A DNA stretch of 52,445 nucleotides, the filler included, from Basidiobolus ranarum (taxonomy: Eukaryota): NCBI GenBank assembly GCA_040143965.1. It is 2 parts of 2 records of this genome, joined end to end, with 100 filler letters (N's around TTAATTAATTAA, not from the genome) between each part and the next. Parts side by side here need not be neighbours in the genome. Positions count along the whole stretch, not along the records: positions 1 to 26,229 come from JASJQH010007009.1; positions 26,330 to 52,445 come from JASJQH010007010.1. One strand, given 5' to 3'. Of this stretch, positions 25,823 to 38,367 are shown one piece after another. Positions within the stretch are counted from its first letter, which is position 1; each line of letters begins with the position of its first letter. The position numbers and the translations under genes were made by a program. The notes under the pieces were generated by a model. It saw only the letters and a program-made list of their open reading frames with translations. It ran no database searches and had not been told where the DNA came from.

Positions 25823-26229
25823 TTAGTAGGTGAATCTGAAATCTAGTCTATCATTGCCAACATGTTGTGTGGTTTGATTATATTCTTTTTTGGCTTCTGC
25901 TGACATTGAATTCCATATTCTGTCTCTTCTACGGTTAAGAGCGATGTAATGGTAGCGTTGTGCTATGAAAAGTAGGATGGTGAGGAAACCAAGTCCAATG
26001 TTAATCCAGTTACCCCGATGGAATCTTGGTTTATCATCATCCCGATAAATCTGACTACCAACGAGTGCATTGATATTCACTGACATAACGTACATAGCCA
26101 AACCTATGGACCGTTTGCCCAGAGGTGCTACGTTTTCTGTCAACCAGGCTGCATTGATGGGATGCCAATATGGCCAACCAACGGTGAAAATGATAACAGC
26201 GTACATTGACCATCTGTCGGTGGTGTCAG
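25823..26229 (-). CDS. MFS transporter (allantoate/nicotinate permease-like), 3' fragment cut by gap
   Basis: AWLTENVAPLGKRSIGLA; VGSQIYRDDDKPRFHRG; NRRRDRIW; GNDRLDFRFTY* typical of fungal Dal5/Tna1-type C-termini. Confidence 0.85.
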
Positions 26230-26329
26230 NNNNNNNNNNNNNNNNNNNNNNNNNNNNNNNNNNNNNNNNNNNNTTAATTAATTAANNNNNNNNNNNNNNN
26301 NNNNNNNNNNNNNNNNNNNNNNNNNNNNN
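26230..26329. other. Artificial contig-join spacer (N44-TTAATTAATTAA-N44, 100 bp)
   Basis: Symmetric N runs around a 12-mer (26274-26285) that has stop codons in all six frames. Confidence 0.95.
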
Positions 26330-26331
26330 GA

Positions 26332-26739
26332 AATGGTTCCGGTGGTAACGGTGGAGGAAACGGTGGCGACAACGGTGGATACGGAGGAAACGGTGGTGGT
26401 GCCGGTGGAAATGGCGGTGGATCTGGTGCTGGAGGTTATGATTCCGGTGCCGGAGATAACGGTGGAGGGCACGGTGGTGACAATGGTGGTAATGGAGGAG
26501 GACACGGTGACGACAGCGGTGGCTACGGAGGAAATGGCGGTGGTGCCGGAGGAAATGGTGGCGGTGCGGGAGCTTATGACACCTCTGATCACTCTGGCTC
26601 CGGTGGTCACGGCGACAATGGTGGAGACTCTGGTAATGGTGGGGATAATGGTGGAGGAGCTGGAGCATATGATACAACTGATCATTCTGGGGAAGGGTCC
26701 AAAATTGCCGATCTCTACAAAAGATTCTTTGGAAACTAA
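26332..26739 (+). CDS. Glycine-rich low-complexity protein, 3' fragment cut by gap (frame absent from ORF track)
   Basis: Frame reads NGSGGNGGGNGGDNGGYGGNGGGAGGNGGGSGAGGYDSG...GAYDTSDHSG...GAYDTTDHSGEGSKIADLYKRFFGN*; varied GGN wobble positions support this frame. Confidence 0.85.
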   Translation, partial: NGSGGNGGGNGGDNGGYGGNGGGAGGNGGGSGAGGYDSGAGDNGGGHGGDNGGNGGGHGDDSGGYGGNGGGAGGNGGGAGAYDTSDHSGSGGHGDNGGDSGNGGDNGGGAGAYDTTDHSGEGSKIADLYKRFFGN

Positions 26740-27647
26740 ATCGATCTGTTCATATATTCCCCGATATTACTTTAATACTCAAATAGTCTGAAATCAACGA
26801 AATAAACACATGTATTCTTACCCTATATAAGTTGTAGTGCAATTAATGTGAAGGGACGTAGTCTTCCGCATAGTATCATCAAATACGACGCTAATGTCAT
26901 CTATGAAGAATGGAATAATCAAATAGGACGCTACGATGTATGGAATAGCAGTGGGTTAACCCTGAGAAGTGTGCTTTCGATTACTTTACTGATATAAATA
27001 TTAGTAGTAGGTCGATCTATAAGCAATTGTTGATATATATATATTTGAATCAATTATGCTTCAATTATGCTTTGGATCAACAGGAGTTAGGAGAGAAATG
27101 GAAATAAAATGCCACAGATCATGATATTTGAAGAACTCTATCGTTGGTATTATTGGTTTGTTATTATGAAGAAGTTCAAAGATTACGTATGAATAAAATC
27201 ATCCAATTTCATTATTTGCTTGTTATTTTTTCTAACTGCCCCCTTGAGAAAATATCCTGGAATGAATTAGCTAATTAAAAATTAAGATACCAAATTATCT
27301 GGGACTCTTACCCAGAGATTTCATGAAATCAAACTCGAATTCAATTTGAGCTGTTGTATTCATTTCATTTCAAGCCATCATATTCAGCATAACCAAGTGT
27401 TCTAGTTGATAGCTCCAACCATTCAAAGTTTAACCTCCTTTACTAAGATTCCCTACTTTCTTTCAAAAAAGAGTGACACAACAGTTACATGCGCATAAAA
27501 GGGTCATCCCTACTCCAAAACTGTCCTTTTATTAGCTCGCTAGGTTTTGACTTGCTCTACGTGTCAAAAGTGCCTTTAGTCATCAACACTTGACTTCAAA
27601 ACCTCAATCTTTTGTAAGCCATACCATTGTTAGGACACTCCCTTCCG

Positions 27648-30419
27648 ATGATGAAGGGTCTAAAAAACAGAGTATGCTTTCTCCAAGGAGCTCCATTTTG
27701 TGTTATTGAGCTGTACTAACGAACATTTATCAATCTGGCCTCTTATCTTTCATTTTATTTAGTTCAAGAACAAGAACATAAACTCAAACGTCAATAGTAA
27801 TAAAGCCTCTACATCCTCCAAACATACTCCTACTTCCCAACCTAGGTTTCCCGAACAACAGCAGCAGGTTGGAACTCCAGAAACGCAAAACATCCATTTG
27901 GCGCCTAAGGTACGTTGTTTACATACCTTCCCAGTATAAAATTTATCGTGTAAAGTAATATATCTATGTTTGAGATTAACTGGAACATCTGATTTTACCA
28001 CTAGATTCCTCTAAGTCCCAAGACTCCACCAAGTCCTACAGGGAACCATCCAATGAACTTGGAGAACAAAGAAATCCCCAAAAGTGGACCTCTCAATCGT
28101 ATCAAGAGCCTGTCGAGTAACATTCCAACCACTAAAACTCCACGACGACAGAGTTCCTCGCGTATTCGACCGAGCCTGCGGAGAGAAATTGAGAGGTTAT
28201 CTAATCTAAGAGGTAAATACCGTTGGCAACCTATATGGTTGCTCTTTGATGTAGTACATATCTAATGACTTATTTTCACTATAGATGTTGTTAGTCCTAT
28301 CGAAAGACAAGAATTGTTTTTAAAGAAGCTGCAGCAATGTACACTTGTCTTTGATTTCACTGATGCCATGTCAGATCTACAAGCAAAAGAAATCAAACGG
28401 CAAATACTCACGGAGCTTGTCGAATATATCACTACCAACAAAGGGGTTATAACGGAACCAGTGTATCCGGCAATCATTAATGTGGTAAATATTTTACGAG
28501 TCATCTCAGCAATTACCAGCTTGGAAGTTCATTCTGTCTTTGTCTAGTTTTCAATCAATCTCTTTAGAACTATTCCGCCCCGAATCAACCCAACTGGAGA
28601 TGCCTTCGATCCTGAAGAAGACGAACCAATTCTAGAACTTGCCTGGCCGCATTTACAAGTCGTGTACGAATTATTCTTAAGATTTGTTGAATCTCCAGAA
28701 TTCAACACCAATATTGCCAAAAAGTACATCGATCAAAAGTTTATTCTTCAGGTATATTGAGTAGATTTTGTTTGCACAGAACGCGCCTTTGAACATACAC
28801 CTAATACTTGTTGAAATCCTTATAGCTTCTGGAGATTTTTGACAGTGAGGATCCTAGAGAGCGCGATTACCTGAAAACGACACTCCATCGTATCTATGGC
28901 AAATTCCTCAATCTCAGGGCATTTATCCGCCGCTCCATCAACAATATTTTCTTTCAATTCATTTACGAGACAGAACGCCATAACGGCGTTGCAGAACTAT
29001 TGGAGATTTTGGGAAGGTAGGCGTGGAGTGCACAACGTTTCTCTCAGACATACTGATTTATCCGTAACCCCGTTTTGTTTTTGAATACAGTATCATCAAT
29101 GGTTTTGCTCTGCCGCTAAAAGAAGAGCACAAGTTGTTTTTGAGTCGTGTTTTGATTCCTCTTCACAAAGTCAAGTCCTTGGGACTCTACCATCCTCAGC
29201 TTGCTTACTGCGTGGTTCAATTTATGGAAAAGGACCCTTCATTAACGGAAGAGGTAGTTTGCACTGATTGTAACCACAGTTGATCTTTCTGAATTGACAC
29301 TGACATAATGTCGCTTTTGATTTCTTTAGGTTGTGGGCGGTTTGTTGCGCTATTGGCCAAAAGTAAACAGCCCGAAAGAAGTGATGTATCTGAATGAACT
29401 TGAGGAAATTTTGGATATCATGGAACCACAAGAATTTGTGAAGGTACAGGTACCAATGTTCCACCAAATTGCTCGCTGCGTGTCTAGTCCTCACTTCCAG
29501 GTTGGTTGTTTCTACTCATTCATTTTGCTTCATTTTGTTAATCAACGTTATGCTTGCATAAGGTGGCAGAAAGAGCTTTATGCTACTGGAACAATGACTA
29601 TATTGTGAACTTGATTAGCGATAACATTCGTATCATTCTTCCGATTATGTTCCCATCGCTTTATCAAAACTCAAAGATGCATTGGAACAGGTATTTAGGT
29701 TTCCAGAGAGAACGTAATTTGAGTTGACTTCTTACATAGTCGTCGTTTTAGAACCATTCATGGCTTAGTTTACAATGCCCTCAAAATATTTATGGAGATG
29801 AGCCCCAGGTTGTTTGATGAGTGCGTTTTGCATTACAAGCAGAAAGTACAGCTGTAAGTATATACTAGCAATCCTTGTAATGGCTGCTTAAAGCTAATCC
29901 ACTTCGATAGGGAGCCTCAAAAGAAGAAGTATAAAGAGGAGATTTGGAGAAGATTGGAAGCAGAGGCGGCTAAAAACGCTGTAGCACGAGCGTCAACACA
30001 GATGTCTTTTTCAAGTACAAGTATCCCGTCACTGAATGCTCAAAGTACGCTATGTTTAACCTACACTAACATGGCCAGTATCAGTTTATTAACATGGCAC
30101 TTGTGAACTTCTTAGCCCTGCCTCTTTCAGAAGCCAATATGACCGATACGGCTAAAATGGTCAACTCTGACTTGGAGAATTTGGATCTTTTCACCAAAGA
30201 ATTGGTGAGTTCTGAGAAATAGATATTATGCAACAAGACTTGGCTAATTGTTGTCTAAATGTTTAGGAGCAGCCAGATCCGGACAAACCAATGATTCCAA
30301 CTTACGGCCGGCGTAAATCAGTCCTACCGGTAGACGAGCAAGTACTCACTGAGCTGTGTAGGCACAAAAGTTTAGAAGATGTGCTGAACTCTGCTCCACC
30401 TCACACGAACGATGAGTAA
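27648..30419 (+). CDS. RTS1: PP2A regulatory subunit B'/B56 (Rts1/Par1-like), multi-exon
   Basis: [113 protein letters not shown]. Confidence 0.96.
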
Positions 30420-30947
30420 AGAAAAAGCTACTTACATTCACCGTCTTCTTTTTTATTGTTACAAGCCACCTTGTTTGAACCCCGTTTTGTTCCGTTCGCT
30501 TTTCGTTCTATTTTTTTTTAATTTCTTTGTTCTGCACCTTCTCTCTTCCCTACAATATTTCTTCGCAGGCTCTGACTTACCAAAGCAACCCCTCGATTCT
30601 TGAATTATCATATTGTGCTCCGTTGTTTTCCGAGACTTTTCTGATGCTTCATGGATAGATGGGGTGCAGCAATTATTTAGTTGTCTTTGAAATATACCAC
30701 AAGCTCTTTCGCAAACCGATTTTTGGAGATAACCATAATTATTCGTGTCAAGCAAAGCGATATCTGAAAATCAATTGAGTTGAATTTGCGTGACTTTTTC
30801 TTAATTATTCTTTAATAAAATCCACATCGTAAGAATAATCCTGCCTATTTTGCTTGAATTTTTATGAGATCTTTTTTTATCAGAATTGAAAGCCGTTGAA
30901 ATTTTGCTTTCCCTTCCTACTCTTTCACGAAGTTATCTTTGTACAGT

Positions 30948-31903
30948 ATGGCCTTGAAATTCCGAGTATTCGTTTTCTTTGCTGCCGTAGCTTTATTGTT
31001 AAGCACTTTGCCCTATACCCAGGCTCGAGACATTGTTGAGATAACTGATGCCAACTTTGATGAATTAGTTACCCCAGATTCTCCTTGGCTTATTGACTTG
31101 TAAGTTTATAGGCAAAGTCTTATCATCAACCATGCTAATATATCTTGTATCGTTGATAGTTATGCTGATTGGTGTGGAGTGTGTCGTCGTTTCGAAGGTG
31201 AACTGTATCAATTATCTCATCAAATTGATGCCGTCTCGCCCAACGTTAATATAGGAAAAGTGAATGTTGATGAGAATCCAGGCCTATCGCTTAAATTTTT
31301 CATCTCTAGGTGTGTAGTTATCTATATCAAGCCACTATCTCTAACCGTACTAACTGTTCCTTGTTTAGATTACCAAGCATTTACTTCATTTATCAAGGAG
31401 AAAGTACGTTATAGTTTAACCATTTTACTCGCCTTTTCTATGTCGATGGATACTAATCTTGTCTATCAATTATGAAATAGTCCGCACCTGGAATACCTCT
31501 CTTGAACACGAAGCCATCCTTTCAGCTTTAAGCAAAGATGAGTGGAAGAATATGGAAGTTTGGAGTGGCATGTTCTCTCCATTCGGTATCTTGTAAGAGC
31601 CTGTCATAAGGTTAAGATTGATTTCTCCCTAGCTAATACCAATTTATTTGCAGTGGAAAGATGTTCGGTTTCTTCGGATACATCCAAAGTATGATCAATA
31701 CAGTAATTCCTACTGGCATCCCCTCTCTTGTTATCATTCTTGTTATCTCAGCAATCACTGGATTATTGGTTTTCCGTGTTTACAAGAGTGAACCTAACAA
31801 GCCAGTCGCCGCTACAAAATCTAATAGATCCGTTAGCTCGAGTGAATCAACTCCATCTTCATCACCCAAGGTTACCAGAAGAAGAAGCAGAAAAATCGAT
31901 TGA
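30948..31903 (+). CDS. Thioredoxin-related transmembrane protein (TMX1-like), multi-exon
   Basis: Signal peptide MALKFRVFVFFAAVALLLS; EITDANFDEL; FYADWCGVC; GKVNVDENPGLSLKFFISRLP; C-terminal TM helix and basic tail. Confidence 0.87.
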
Positions 31904-32567
31904 TTTTCAATATACAACCACCATGTACAACCAATAAAATCAAATTAGTGCTATCACAGCGCATTGCTCAAACTAAATGCTAGTTGATCCTTGTTTGATA
32001 ATGTCTGACTGATTCAATATGATGTCGGGCTGCCTTCTTTTAGGATGTTTAATGATTGATGAGATCTTAGATCAGAGACTGCAAAATACGTTGAACTTAA
32101 CAATTGCGTGCATTAAAATGAAGGATACGTAACAAAATACGTAACAAAACCATCGACACAATGTATCGGGAATTAATGGCGAATAGCATGCAAGTGAAAT
32201 TCCACATCTTGCCTAGTTGGGAAAGTAGAGGGGAGCGCTAGTCATCGATATTTGCTCGGTTATCTCAACAGGGGACTGATCGGTAATGAGCTGCTGAATC
32301 GTTCGATTCGCATCAACCTTTTCATGCAAATCAACACACGCTCGGATGGTGTGTCGTAGCGATCTCGCTCATCCTACTCAGCTAAACCTACTGGCTGTGT
32401 CTGTGCGTACTTAGTAGGCGTATATATATAACACAACTCTCTGACCATCCTCTACATCCATATTCTACACTCATTCTCCTCTATTTATAAGGCTGTCGCA
32501 CCATCCCACTTTTGGCTTATCGTGTTGCCTCCATATTTCCTGTTCAAACCATACAACACTTCTATCA

Positions 32568-33116
32568 ATGGACCTTCGAGAGATACTCAACCCATTTGCG
32601 ATTACCAACACTATCACGGTCGCTACGAACATTCTCACCACTGCCACACCAAAACTCAAATCAGACTCTAGCACCCAGCTACCCAATGTAGTGACAGTGA
32701 GACAGACATTCTTCTGCACTTGGCCAAATTGTGAGAAGGCTTTTAGTCGTCGGTCATTACTAAAACGGCACCAATACACACACACTGGTGCTCGACCACA
32801 CCTGTGCACGGCTTGTGGCAAAGGATTTGCCCAAAGATCAGCACTATTGGTCCACATAAGAACTCACACTGGGGAAAAACCGTATCATTGCGAACACCAG
32901 GGATGTAGGCAAGCATTCTCGGACTCATCAGCGCTCTCACGCCATATCAAATCCCATTTGGGAGTTCGATCCTATGTTTGCAAACACTCTGGATGTGATA
33001 GAGCATTTACAAGAAGAATAGCGTTAAACAAGCATCAAGAGAAACATCTAGGGAAAGCCATATACTTCTATCTACCAAAGGAAACCAAATTTGTCACCTC
33101 TTTAGCAGCAAATTAG
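32568..33116 (+). CDS. C2H2 zinc-finger protein (4 fingers), intronless
   Basis: CTWPNC..H..H, CTAC..H..H, CEHQGC..H..H, CKHSGC..H..H with TGARP/TGEKP linkers; TATATATA at ~32421. Confidence 0.93.
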   Translation: MDLREILNPFAITNTITVATNILTTATPKLKSDSSTQLPNVVTVRQTFFCTWPNCEKAFSRRSLLKRHQYTHTGARPHLCTACGKGFAQRSALLVHIRTHTGEKPYHCEHQGCRQAFSDSSALSRHIKSHLGVRSYVCKHSGCDRAFTRRIALNKHQEKHLGKAIYFYLPKETKFVTSLAAN

Positions 33117-33344
33117 CCAAGTAACCCATGATAATGACTATCTCTTGCAAATGTACGTCGTACGAACTGATAGCTCAAGCCAAATATTGTAATTTAGTTG
33201 AACAAATAGATTTAGTATGTTGATATTAGCAAAGAAATTAATTAGTAAGTTACATAGCATAAAGCCAACCTTTTTTCAAGTGAATCTGACATGAATATAA
33301 AATCGTTGATATCCAACAATCCCAACCCTAATGCGATTTAGGGT

Positions 33345-33467
33345 TATGGTCTCTCTTGGATGTTTCTCTTGATGCTTGTTTCACGCTATTCTTCTTGTAA
33401 ATGCTCTATCACATCCAGAGTGTTTGCAAACATAGGATCGAATTCCTAGAAGAAATTTAATATGGCG
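33345..33467 (-). pseudogene. Inverted partial copy of zinc-finger gene segment 32940-33062
   Basis: Reverse complement aligns to 32940-33062 with a near-identical ~80-bp core; TTA->TGA creates a stop (RHIKFLLGIRSYVCKHSGCDRAFTRRIA*). Confidence 0.92.
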
Positions 33468-33861
33468 CCGAGAATGTGTCTGAATACTTTTCTAAGAGTA
33501 CGGTGGTAGATTAGCAAGATGATAGGCCGTAAATGGAGTCTGATGTATCAGAAGATAAGTTGAATATGATGAGATTGCAATGCATATCTGTCGATTTGCA
33601 TTATCCAATAAAGATGGGTATTTAGAAAGCTTATTATTTATCCAAACTTTAATTATATAAATCCAGTTGAATTCGGGTATTTCAATATCACAAAAGATGA
33701 TCTAAAGTCATAAACCAATCTAGGGACGAGAGAGGCGAGAGGAATCATCCATTATCAATCATCATCGGTAGAACGCATCGCGGCATCGCTCAAATATTCT
33801 ATATTAGTGTAGGGTTTCTGGATCTTATCACAGGAATTTCAATCAAAATACTAAACTAAAT

Positions 33862-35317
33862 CTATGGATATCTGAATCCGTATTTTAGTACCCTTAAGGT
33901 GAATAAAAGTGCCGCGGCCACCAACATCGAAAATCCCCCAAATAAAATAGTCCCTTTATAATTTGTGGTGGGCGCGGTGGAATCTAGAATTGCACCAGCT
34001 ACTGGTACACCTATTAAGTAACCAATACCAGTTGAAGCATATACAAGACCGGTACTAGTTGCGATGCCACTAATGCCTGACAATCAAATGTTTTGTTAGA
34101 CATGAATGAAGGGGAGGAGAACTTGACAACTTACCGAATAACTCGGCAGTAACGACGGGTATCAAGCCAATATATCCTCCGGCAAAGAAACTGTATATCA
34201 TTCCAAAACTGAGTATCGTTCCGAATGTATGCGCAAGGTTCCAGAATATAAGAACATCTAAAGAAGCCACAAGTACACAAATGAAAATCATATTCACTCT
34301 TCCAACTTTGTCAGCAATAGAGCCAACAGCAATTCTACCAACTGCACCAGTAGCATTAACAATACCGATTATTAAAGCACCATCACTGGAAGCTAAACCC
34401 TGATTCACAGCATAAGCTATCATACATCGTTCCGTTAGTTCACACTCAAGGAAGAAGTAGGACTTAATGAACTTACATGGAATATAAAAGAATGGGATTA
34501 AGTATCCGAGACTGACTACCAATCCACCTGAAAACAGTACTTGAAAGTACTTGTTAGTGAGAAGCTCCATATTGAAGAAGTTACTACGAGGTGGTGGGGC
34601 TAAGCGACTACGTAGTAAAGGGATAGCTAAAGCCAATACGATAAATGCACCCACTCCTACAGCCCTCAGAGTCCACTCAACTCCAATAATGTCAATAAGC
34701 TTCCTTGTCAACGGACCCAACGCCAACCCACCCACACCAGTACCAGCAATGGCCATCCCAGTTGCCAAACCACGGCGCTTATCAAACCATTGAGAAGGTA
34801 AACTCACAGCTGGATAGAAGCACAATGACGCACCAACGCCATAAAGCATTCCTTGGCTCAAATATAAATGCCACACCTACTGAGATTAAAAGAGTCCATA
34901 TGATTTCGCCTCGAAAAGCTACAAAATACACATGAAAAAAGAATGTACCTTGTTAGCAAACGATGCGGCAATGAGGCCTGCTGTAAGAAATATGGCACCA
35001 GTAGACGCAATAGTTCGATAGCCATATCTATCAATGAGCCTGCCCGTGAAGATGCCTAAAATGGCAGTCAATGTAGTAGACAGAGTGCCCACTAGAGACA
35101 ATGTGGATATTTTCTCTTGTTTTTGAAACAACACCGTGTAATAATACTCCTGATAGATTCCATATGTGTACTGAACCCCCAGCACTACGAAATTGACAAG
35201 AAAACAGCCAAAGACAACCAACCATCCAAAACCACCATCTGGAGACGTGCCTTCTTTGTCAGCAATATCAGCTACTGACTCCTCCTCGCACTCGATTGGG
35301 AATGACTTTTGATTCAT
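33862..35317 (-). CDS. MFS monocarboxylate transporter-like (MCH family), multi-exon
   Basis: PDGGFGWLVV; GRLIDRYGYR; QGMLYGVG; QWFDKRRGLATGMAIAGTGVGG; GRIAVGSIADKVGR. Confidence 0.92.
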
Positions 35318-35645
35318 ATTTTCAATAATATTGAGGCAACAGTAAAGAACGAGTCGATCGGAATTCTGGCTCCCAACTAATGACATTTTATACTGCAGGT
35401 ATAACCCTATTAGGAAACTAACCATACATGTGTGAGAACAGATTGTAAATAATTAGCGTAGATCGTCTACAACCCAGATCAGATAAGTTCAATCACTGGT
35501 CAGTTACTCATCGTTTCATTGGAGTACAAACTCAAATTGTATTACACTAATGGGCAACTGAGCGCACACGGATAATATCACGACCCCATAACATCTCGAA
35601 TACTCCCTTAGTTTATTGCTAAATATTTCATAAACACCGAATGGG

Positions 35646-35689
35646 CCTTTTGACGATAACTAATTAACCTTTTGACGATAACTAATTAA
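35646..35689. repeat. Exact 22-bp two-copy tandem duplication
   Basis: ccttttgacgataactaattaa x2, just downstream of the histidine phosphatase stop. Confidence 0.92.
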
Positions 35690-35726
35690 CACACTCGTTG
35701 CTAATTTACCCGCTTGGCTTGAAGAC

Positions 35727-36743
35727 TTACAAAACCTCGAATCCGTTCAAATGTTCAACCGAGTTCAGTTTAACTGGGACAAAGCAATACCCATCTAACA
35801 ATTTACGCTGCGCTGATTCTGGATAATTGGCTCGATATTTAGGATCTTGTTGTTGATACCCGGTAATGTCAATAGTTTGGAGATCTGGATCATCCGCTCG
35901 GTATACATGAATCTCATTTACGCACGTATTACAATGTGAAATGGCTGGCATCTGATGAAGGTTCCCCCATAAAAGACTAGAGAGAAGGATACGGAGAAGT
36001 CTTCCGTGAACTACGTATCATATATAAGTATATCTTTCGATGTGTATATACTAAATAATACCACTTACTAACAACAGCAATTCGTGGTTGTTTGGTATCT
36101 TTGGGGAGATTTTTAAGGATATCTGCGATGACGGGGAGTGCTCTGTTCTCAACATCGCGTGGAGATTCACCACTCTCGAACTTGGCTATTTGGTACGAAA
36201 ATTTCATAAGTACAAAAATTACTTCAAAACCAAAAAATGGAAATTACCATCGAAATCTTTTTGAATATTCCATTGATCAAGCAAAACATCTAAACTCTCA
36301 TCAAACTCCAAGCCTTCTTTTTCACCAAAGTCTAGTTCGCATATACCTGTGTACTCCTAGTTTTAGGAAGAGAAAAACGAAATACTGTGATAAGTATTGT
36401 TGACGAAACGAGGGACCATTAAGTTAATTCGATGTAGTACCTTGTACTCAGCATCTGGGTGATGCTTTCGAATTCGAGCAGCTGTCTGTTGAGCTCGCTA
36501 AGGAATACATTAGTAAGTTATAACCCACAGAGTGAATATTTTCGCGTATAATTAGCTTACGAGTAGAGTGGAGGCACACAATACATCCACTTGAACATCT
36601 TTGAACCAGTCACCTAGAAGTTCAGCTTGTTTTTGGCCAATCTCATTTAGTGGTGCGTTTACACCACGGCCTTGAAGAACCAGCTTTCTATTTAGATCCG
36701 TCTCACCATGACGACAAAGGTATAAAGTTGTAATAGGTGGCAT
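35727..36743 (-). CDS. Histidine phosphatase / phosphoglycerate mutase-like protein, multi-exon
   Basis: LYLCRHGETDLN; PLNEIGQKQA; RAQQTA; GESPRDVENR; HGRLLR; CNTCVN; LNSVEHL. Confidence 0.9.
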
Positions 36744-37315
36744 ATTACTAAAGAATTGAGATAAAGAATGGAATAAGGTCTATAGCAAAATGAAATTAAG
36801 CCCTCCAAGTACAACAAATACTTAAGTAATAACAAGGTAGATTTAAAATGGCAGAATTATTATTGACAATATCTCAAACTGGATAATACATGTTCTCTTG
36901 GATGGACTTAGTTTATCGTGCTTGAAGATCATCCACCATTTTTGGGAAAGTTAGACAGAAAAGTTATGTAAACATTTAATCTCTTCGTTCATGTATTTGT
37001 TTGTTGACTAATTTTGATGCAATTGTGCTTTCATAGGCTGGATGGCATCATCGCAGGTTTGTTTATCTGATTACTTAATGCATACATCTAAATTGAAGTA
37101 TTTCCATTGAGGCCTAAAAATAATCGTCTTTTGATCAGAATAGGGTCAATAATTCTCAGATCCTGATAATTTAAAAAAACATTTTTTTTCGCTTTGATCT
37201 TCTTTTTGGATGGATGAATGGAACGAATTTTTCGAGTGACTGGTGGGGAGATTAGATTTCCTTTTGACCAAGCCGAATTCGCTCTTCCCTTCTTCCTTCT
37301 CTTACTCCTTTCACA

Positions 37316-37874
37316 ATGAAGTTCATCAAGCCTGGCAAGGTCAGTAAATATTTCCAACATCATTCGATGTGATGATATTAATTCATTTAATATTGTGTAC
37401 ATCCATCGATTAGAAACCATTTGAGCTCACTTACTAAACATTTTCCTCACTTTCTATTATTTATCTGGTATGGTCACAATACACGTATAGGTCGCTATCA
37501 TTCTCCAAGGTCGTTACGCCGGTAAAAAGGTTGTTGTCATCAAGAACTTTGATGAGGGTACCAAGGAACGTCCCTATGGTCACGCTATTGTTGCCGGGGT
37601 TGAAAGATACCCATTGAAGGTCAACAAATCCATGGGCAAGAAGCGTATCTCCAAGCGCTCCAAGGTCAAGCCATTTGTTAAGGTTGTTAACTACAACCAT
37701 ATCATGCCCACTCGTTATGCTCTCGAACTCGAAGAGCTTAAGAAGGCCGTTTCCACCGAAACTTTCGCTGAACCTACCCAAAGAAATGCTGCCAAGAAGA
37801 ACGTCAAGAAGGTCTTCGAAGAACGCTATGTCTCTGGTAAGAACAAATGGTTCTTCACCAAGCTTAGATTCTAA
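37316..37874 (+). CDS. RPL27: 60S ribosomal protein L27 (eL27), 2 exons
   Basis: [23 protein letters not shown]...[11 protein letters not shown]...[12 protein letters not shown]; intron 37340-37490. Confidence 0.98.
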
Positions 37875-38367
37875 ATGGATTCAATTCTTCACAATCTTAT
37901 CTCCTTAATACATTTCCCCACCGTTTAAAATTCAATAAAATGTATTGCCCAGTGTATGACTTGAATCAATTCATTTAATATCTAAGAAAGTGTGTGCGCT
38001 AGTTTCAATTTACATTTCAAATTGAGTTGAAGATGTTATCTCGGTTCTTTGCTAACCTTCATGCATTCATTCTTCCCTTTCTCTATTAAATAATTACTAG
38101 AATAGAACTACATTCAACGGAAGACTTCGGTGCAATAATCGATGGAGCTAAGCAATAGTGTATATCAATGATACCGAACATACATAAATGATTTATAGTT
38201 TGCATTATTACAAGTATGATATTTGATAATAATATTTCGCGAAGAACTGATATGCTATCTTGGTATATTATGTCTTTATTTTATATCAAAAGGAGATAAA
38301 TTCCAACAACGCAGAATGCTGACGAGATGAAATCCAACTAATCTTATGGTTAAACTCCTCAAGACAT

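Noticed and set aside
26278-26791. His/Arg-rich, Ser/Thr-rich and Val-rich ORFs in the ORF track
   Set aside because: Alternative frames of the Gly-rich coding repeat; two of them run through the N spacer.
8829-30419. Apparent PP2A cluster (PTPA and B56 genes in one window)
   Set aside because: About 17 kb apart and separated by the artificial contig join; no evidence of real linkage.
35985-36122. U12-type donor-like GTATCCTT and ATATCCTT on the minus strand
   Set aside because: Both fall inside continuous coding exons of the histidine phosphatase (LRIL, ADILK).
37369-37460. Possible intronic C/D snoRNA in RPL27 (GTGATGA box C)
   Set aside because: No downstream CTGA box D or terminal stem visible within the intron.
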